A stretch of DNA of 64,000 nt from the human T2T-CHM13v2.0 reference genome, Homo sapiens: assembly GCF_009914755.1 (NCBI RefSeq), contig NC_060933.1; one strand, given 5' to 3'. Below, in pieces: positions 60,173 through 64,000 of the stretch (position 1 is the stretch's first letter; the number at the start of each line of letters is the position of its first letter). The position numbers were made by a program, and so were the translations under genes. The notes beneath the pieces were generated by a model, which saw nothing but the letters and a program-made list of their open reading frames with translations, was not told where the DNA came from and searched no databases.

Positions 60173-63100
60173 TATTATTATAGTATTTATATATTAGAAA
60201 ATACAAAGATTAAATGAACCCACAAATGAGATTTTTTGTTGTCGCAGTTGAATAAAAAGAATACTATCCCCTGCAATCTTTATTTTCTTTGACATCATCA
60301 CCAGAGCCACCTTTGTTTCATTTGTTTATGGATTTTCAGTCTGTGAAATGCTAAAAAGAAGAACACAAAATGGTTATCATGGTCAACATACACATGTGAA
60401 TAATTAGATGTGACTGATTATAATAGCTCTGAGGAAATGCTTTAAAGTCTCTGCCTCTTATATTAACTGTTTCCTCATATTTCATGCTTTTGAACTGATA
60501 AAAGACTTGCTCAAACTTTTCATTTTGGATGTGTGAATTCTGTACTAATTCTATTTGTGTGTGTCTGGCTGTTCTAAATGGCTTTCTGGGAACTTTGGAC
60601 CTAACAATGCTTTAATTGCATTTTCTTAGTTTTTGCCAGGATATTTTTGTTTTTGTTTTTATTTGTATCAGTTGAGAAAAGAGAGGTTTAGGTAAAGGCA
60701 ACTGAAATAACTGAAGAATTTTGACTACATAGCCTATTTTGCTTACTCAAATGCATCCTCTATGATAAATATACTGGGCTATTTGTCTAGAGAGCTGCAT
60801 GATTTCAGCAGAGTTTAGTAAAAATTCTTTATGTTTATCTGTTAGTGAACATTCATTGAGAAAATGAATTTCCAGCAGTTAAATACAGCGTGATGCAGCC
60901 AATCAACCTATCACAGCCCAAACCCGGATGAAGGAAAACATTACATGGCAAGTGGCACCACAACTGATGAATAAAGATGACAAATAAAAAGGCTAATGAG
61001 AATTGAATAGTGCATATCCTGAAACCTCTAAAACCACATTCATTATGCTAAGAAATTAACTAAATGCATTTTTTATTTTGTAATAGAAACTTCCACTTGG
61101 CTAATTGAAGCTTCCACTGCATCTCCCACAGAGCCCAAGAAGTATCAGTATGTGACTACTGAATGATGGACAATGAAATATATTAATACCATAAAAAAGA
61201 AAAAAGGGCAATTAGGTATCTGTTGAAGATTCTGAAATTTAAGTAGGAATATATGCCAAAGGAAACAGTTATGTAATACCAGAGTTTTCAGACATATTTA
61301 CTATAGAATACTTGGTAAAGTGTTATAAAGGAGAGGAGTGAAAGTAGAAAAAGAAAAAAATAGTTTTAAAATCTTTATACTCAAATAAAATAAACATATA
61401 TGGAATAAACTTGAAATTATTAATAAAAACTCTTTATAAATAGCATTTTATAATTCATTTATGTGTCCCAACAAGTGTTACTCATTACTACAATCTTGCA
61501 CTCATCTGCTATTCCTTGATGCTAACCTCTTTCTACACTGAAAGAAATAGAGTTCCAAGAGTTGTCTGCATCTTGGAACAGTGAAAATAAAGATAGAACA
61601 AGAAAACTGAGTCATTGCTAGACAGTAAGAATACTTTCAGGGATGCAAAGCAGGCAATTTAAAAGAGCTTCTCTGAACAAGGTGTGATCATCTAAGAATT
61701 AAATGTGAAAACAATAATTATTTGAAAACCCAAGAATCTATAATGATATTCAAAAATGTGTTAAAGAATGGTCATATACAAATGAATTTCAGGTATTTAT
61801 AAAAATTGTTGAATATGGACATGCCCAGCTATATGCTTAACTCATTTTAATCAACATTTAAGTCTCATTATACTTATTTGACAGTAAAGTTATTACTTCT
61901 ATGTCTAGTTGGGTTAATAAAAATCTAAACAGGTGAAATCAAACAACAAAAATATTAGGGAAAGTGCAGAGATTTATATTGAATGTTTTAAACCCATGGA
62001 AATACATTTCAACTATTGGTTCCACATTGGAAAAATGGCATCTTTAAGGTCCAAAGTTTTACTTGATTAAATTCTTATGCTATTGTTATTTTACCTGTAT
62101 AATTTATAAACTAACTGGGCAAATATTGGTTTGAGTAAATGGATTTTATTCAACATTCTCTTACTCTCCAAACGCATCCAATCTTTGTTTCCATCTCATT
62201 TTCACACACACACACACATACACACTAGAAATGATAAGGGCAAAACATATTGTATGTTCAATGATTGTGGGATTACTCAAGTTAAAAGGAAAGGCATCAC
62301 TGGAAAGTTCCTTTCAGTAAGTAATGGTCAATAAAGTCAAGTCTGGGTGGAGTCTTCTGGAAGCTTCACTCAGATCCAAGAGATAGAATCTTGGGCCATT
62401 AACTCTGTTACAGAATCAAAGTTGCCATAGCAGGTATGAGATGGTCATTAGGTTTCACTCCCTTAAAATAATGCATTTGTAACTATGGAAGGAAAAAATA
62501 TATATATTATTAAAAGTTTCATGTTGCTTATATTAGTAACACAAGTATAATAATGGATTTTGGGGTCATTGCATCGTGTGTGTGTGTGTGTGTGTATATA
62601 CACTTTGTTTAAAGTTGGTTTATATATATAATTTTATATATATATACTTTGTTTAAAGTTAATTTGAATGCTTAAATAAGACTGATACTACATTTATAAA
62701 TGTTTTATTATACTTACAAGCATGGCTTAAATTCGTAGTACTATTTTCCTCATAAAATCTACATATTTTCCTCGCTAAATGTTTGAAGTGATTAATATAA
62801 TCAGGTAAATAAATTTTTGATTGTAGATTGAAGTGTAAATCAATTTAATTATGTAAGTAGAAATAGATGTTTAAACAGATTTTAATTTCTCAAATATATA
62901 ACCTAAACATAAATTGAAACCAGTAAAATGACTAATCTTATTTTACCAGTTAATTATGAAATTAGAATAAGTTTAACTTCTCAAGAATAACTAAATTTTA
63001 AAATTAAGTGTAATAATTGAAATATCTATTTTAAAAAGTAACCCGACCTATTTCTTCCATGTAAAAATCATCCCCTCCTATATTACAAAAAGACCAAGTA

Positions 63101-63569
63101 GACTTAAGTTTAAATATCTTACCATATGCTATGATATATATTTTTGCATTATAAGCATATAAATTTCATTTTTTAATGTGCACAGCAACAATGATATTCA
63201 ACCATTATTTGAAAACCCCCAGATTTCTAACTGTAAACTTTTCTCAACCAAAATCTTCACATTTATATTCTGTGACTGAGAAGACACTCAGCCATAAGGT
63301 AAAGCGTACTAAACGTCCCTTTGAATCAAGCTAAATGTGAAATGAACAAGTAACAAAAGATGAATTGTTTTTAAAATAACCCCAAAAAACTACTGTAGGA
63401 TCTGTTGTTTAATAAGATGAAACAAAAACTAAATATTTCATAGCTATTTCAGAAAAAAATAAACAAAAAGCATATTATTTCATTTTTATACACTTTAGAT
63501 ATCTTACACTTCATGACTGTTATTTCCAGTTATTTCAAGACTTAGTCTAAACACTACTACTTTATTCCA

Positions 63570-63792
63570 AGAAGAATATTATATCTTTTTTCCTTCTCTC
63601 TACCCTTTCCCTTTATTCCTTTCCCTTCTCGCTTTCCCTCTTTGTCTTTTTTCTTCCTTCACTTCTATGGTTTTTTCTTCTTTCCATCATCCATTTCTCC
63701 ATTTCTCATCTTCTCTTTCCTCCCCACAGGTATCCCTCCTTCTTTCTCTCACATTCCTACTTTCCCTCCCCACCTTTTCTCATTTCCTTCCC
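63570..63792. repeat. Polypyrimidine low-complexity tract
   Basis: almost exclusively C/T. Confidence 0.85.
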
Positions 63793-63844
63793 CAAATACA
63801 TGTTTTTGTTGATGTGCAAGACATTGCATTTTAAAAATCAATTT

Positions 63845-63975
63845 GGTTTTGCAGCTTTATTGAAGTATAATTGACAAAAGAAAATTGTATATATTGAAGC
63901 TGTACAACCTGATATTCTGATATATGTGTATGCACTTTATAAAATGATTGCCATAATAAAGTTAATTAACATATA
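63845..63975 (-). mobile_element. L1MA-type 3' terminus
   Basis: cagctttattgaagtataattgacaaa..aattgtatatatt..gtacaac..aagttaattaacatat. Confidence 0.8.
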
Positions 63976-64000
63976 AAGCTATAGTAAATCAAACAAAATG

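Noticed and set aside
63570-63735. Long pyrimidine tract followed by CAG|GT
   Set aside because: Low-complexity CT sequence continues past the site and the donor is weak.

Overview
AT-rich, CpG-poor primate (human-like) genomic DNA from a gene-poor region, either intergenic or deep in an intron. No intact host protein-coding gene is evident; the ORF track is L1 ORF2 remnants plus Alu, LTR and microsatellite noise. About half the window is interspersed repeat: L1PA/L1M, AluY/S/J, MaLR (MSTC, THE1, MST, MLT1), MLT2, ERV1 LTRs, MER/MADE1 DNA transposons, L2 and MIR. The main discovery is at 7347-7790: a 444-bp non-repeat insert with an 11-bp target-site duplication and a minus-strand AATAAA plus A-tail. 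It carries one intact 96-nt, phase-0/0 integrin beta-6 (ITGB6) exon ([32 protein letters not shown]) with both splice sites and intron flanks, consistent with L1-mediated retrotransposition of an antisense, unspliced transcript (an exon-shuffling substrate). It lies inside a two-LTR MSTC element (4537-11077) that has collected six nested insertions. Repeat subfamily names are from memory of consensus sequences and need RepeatMasker/Dfam confirmation.
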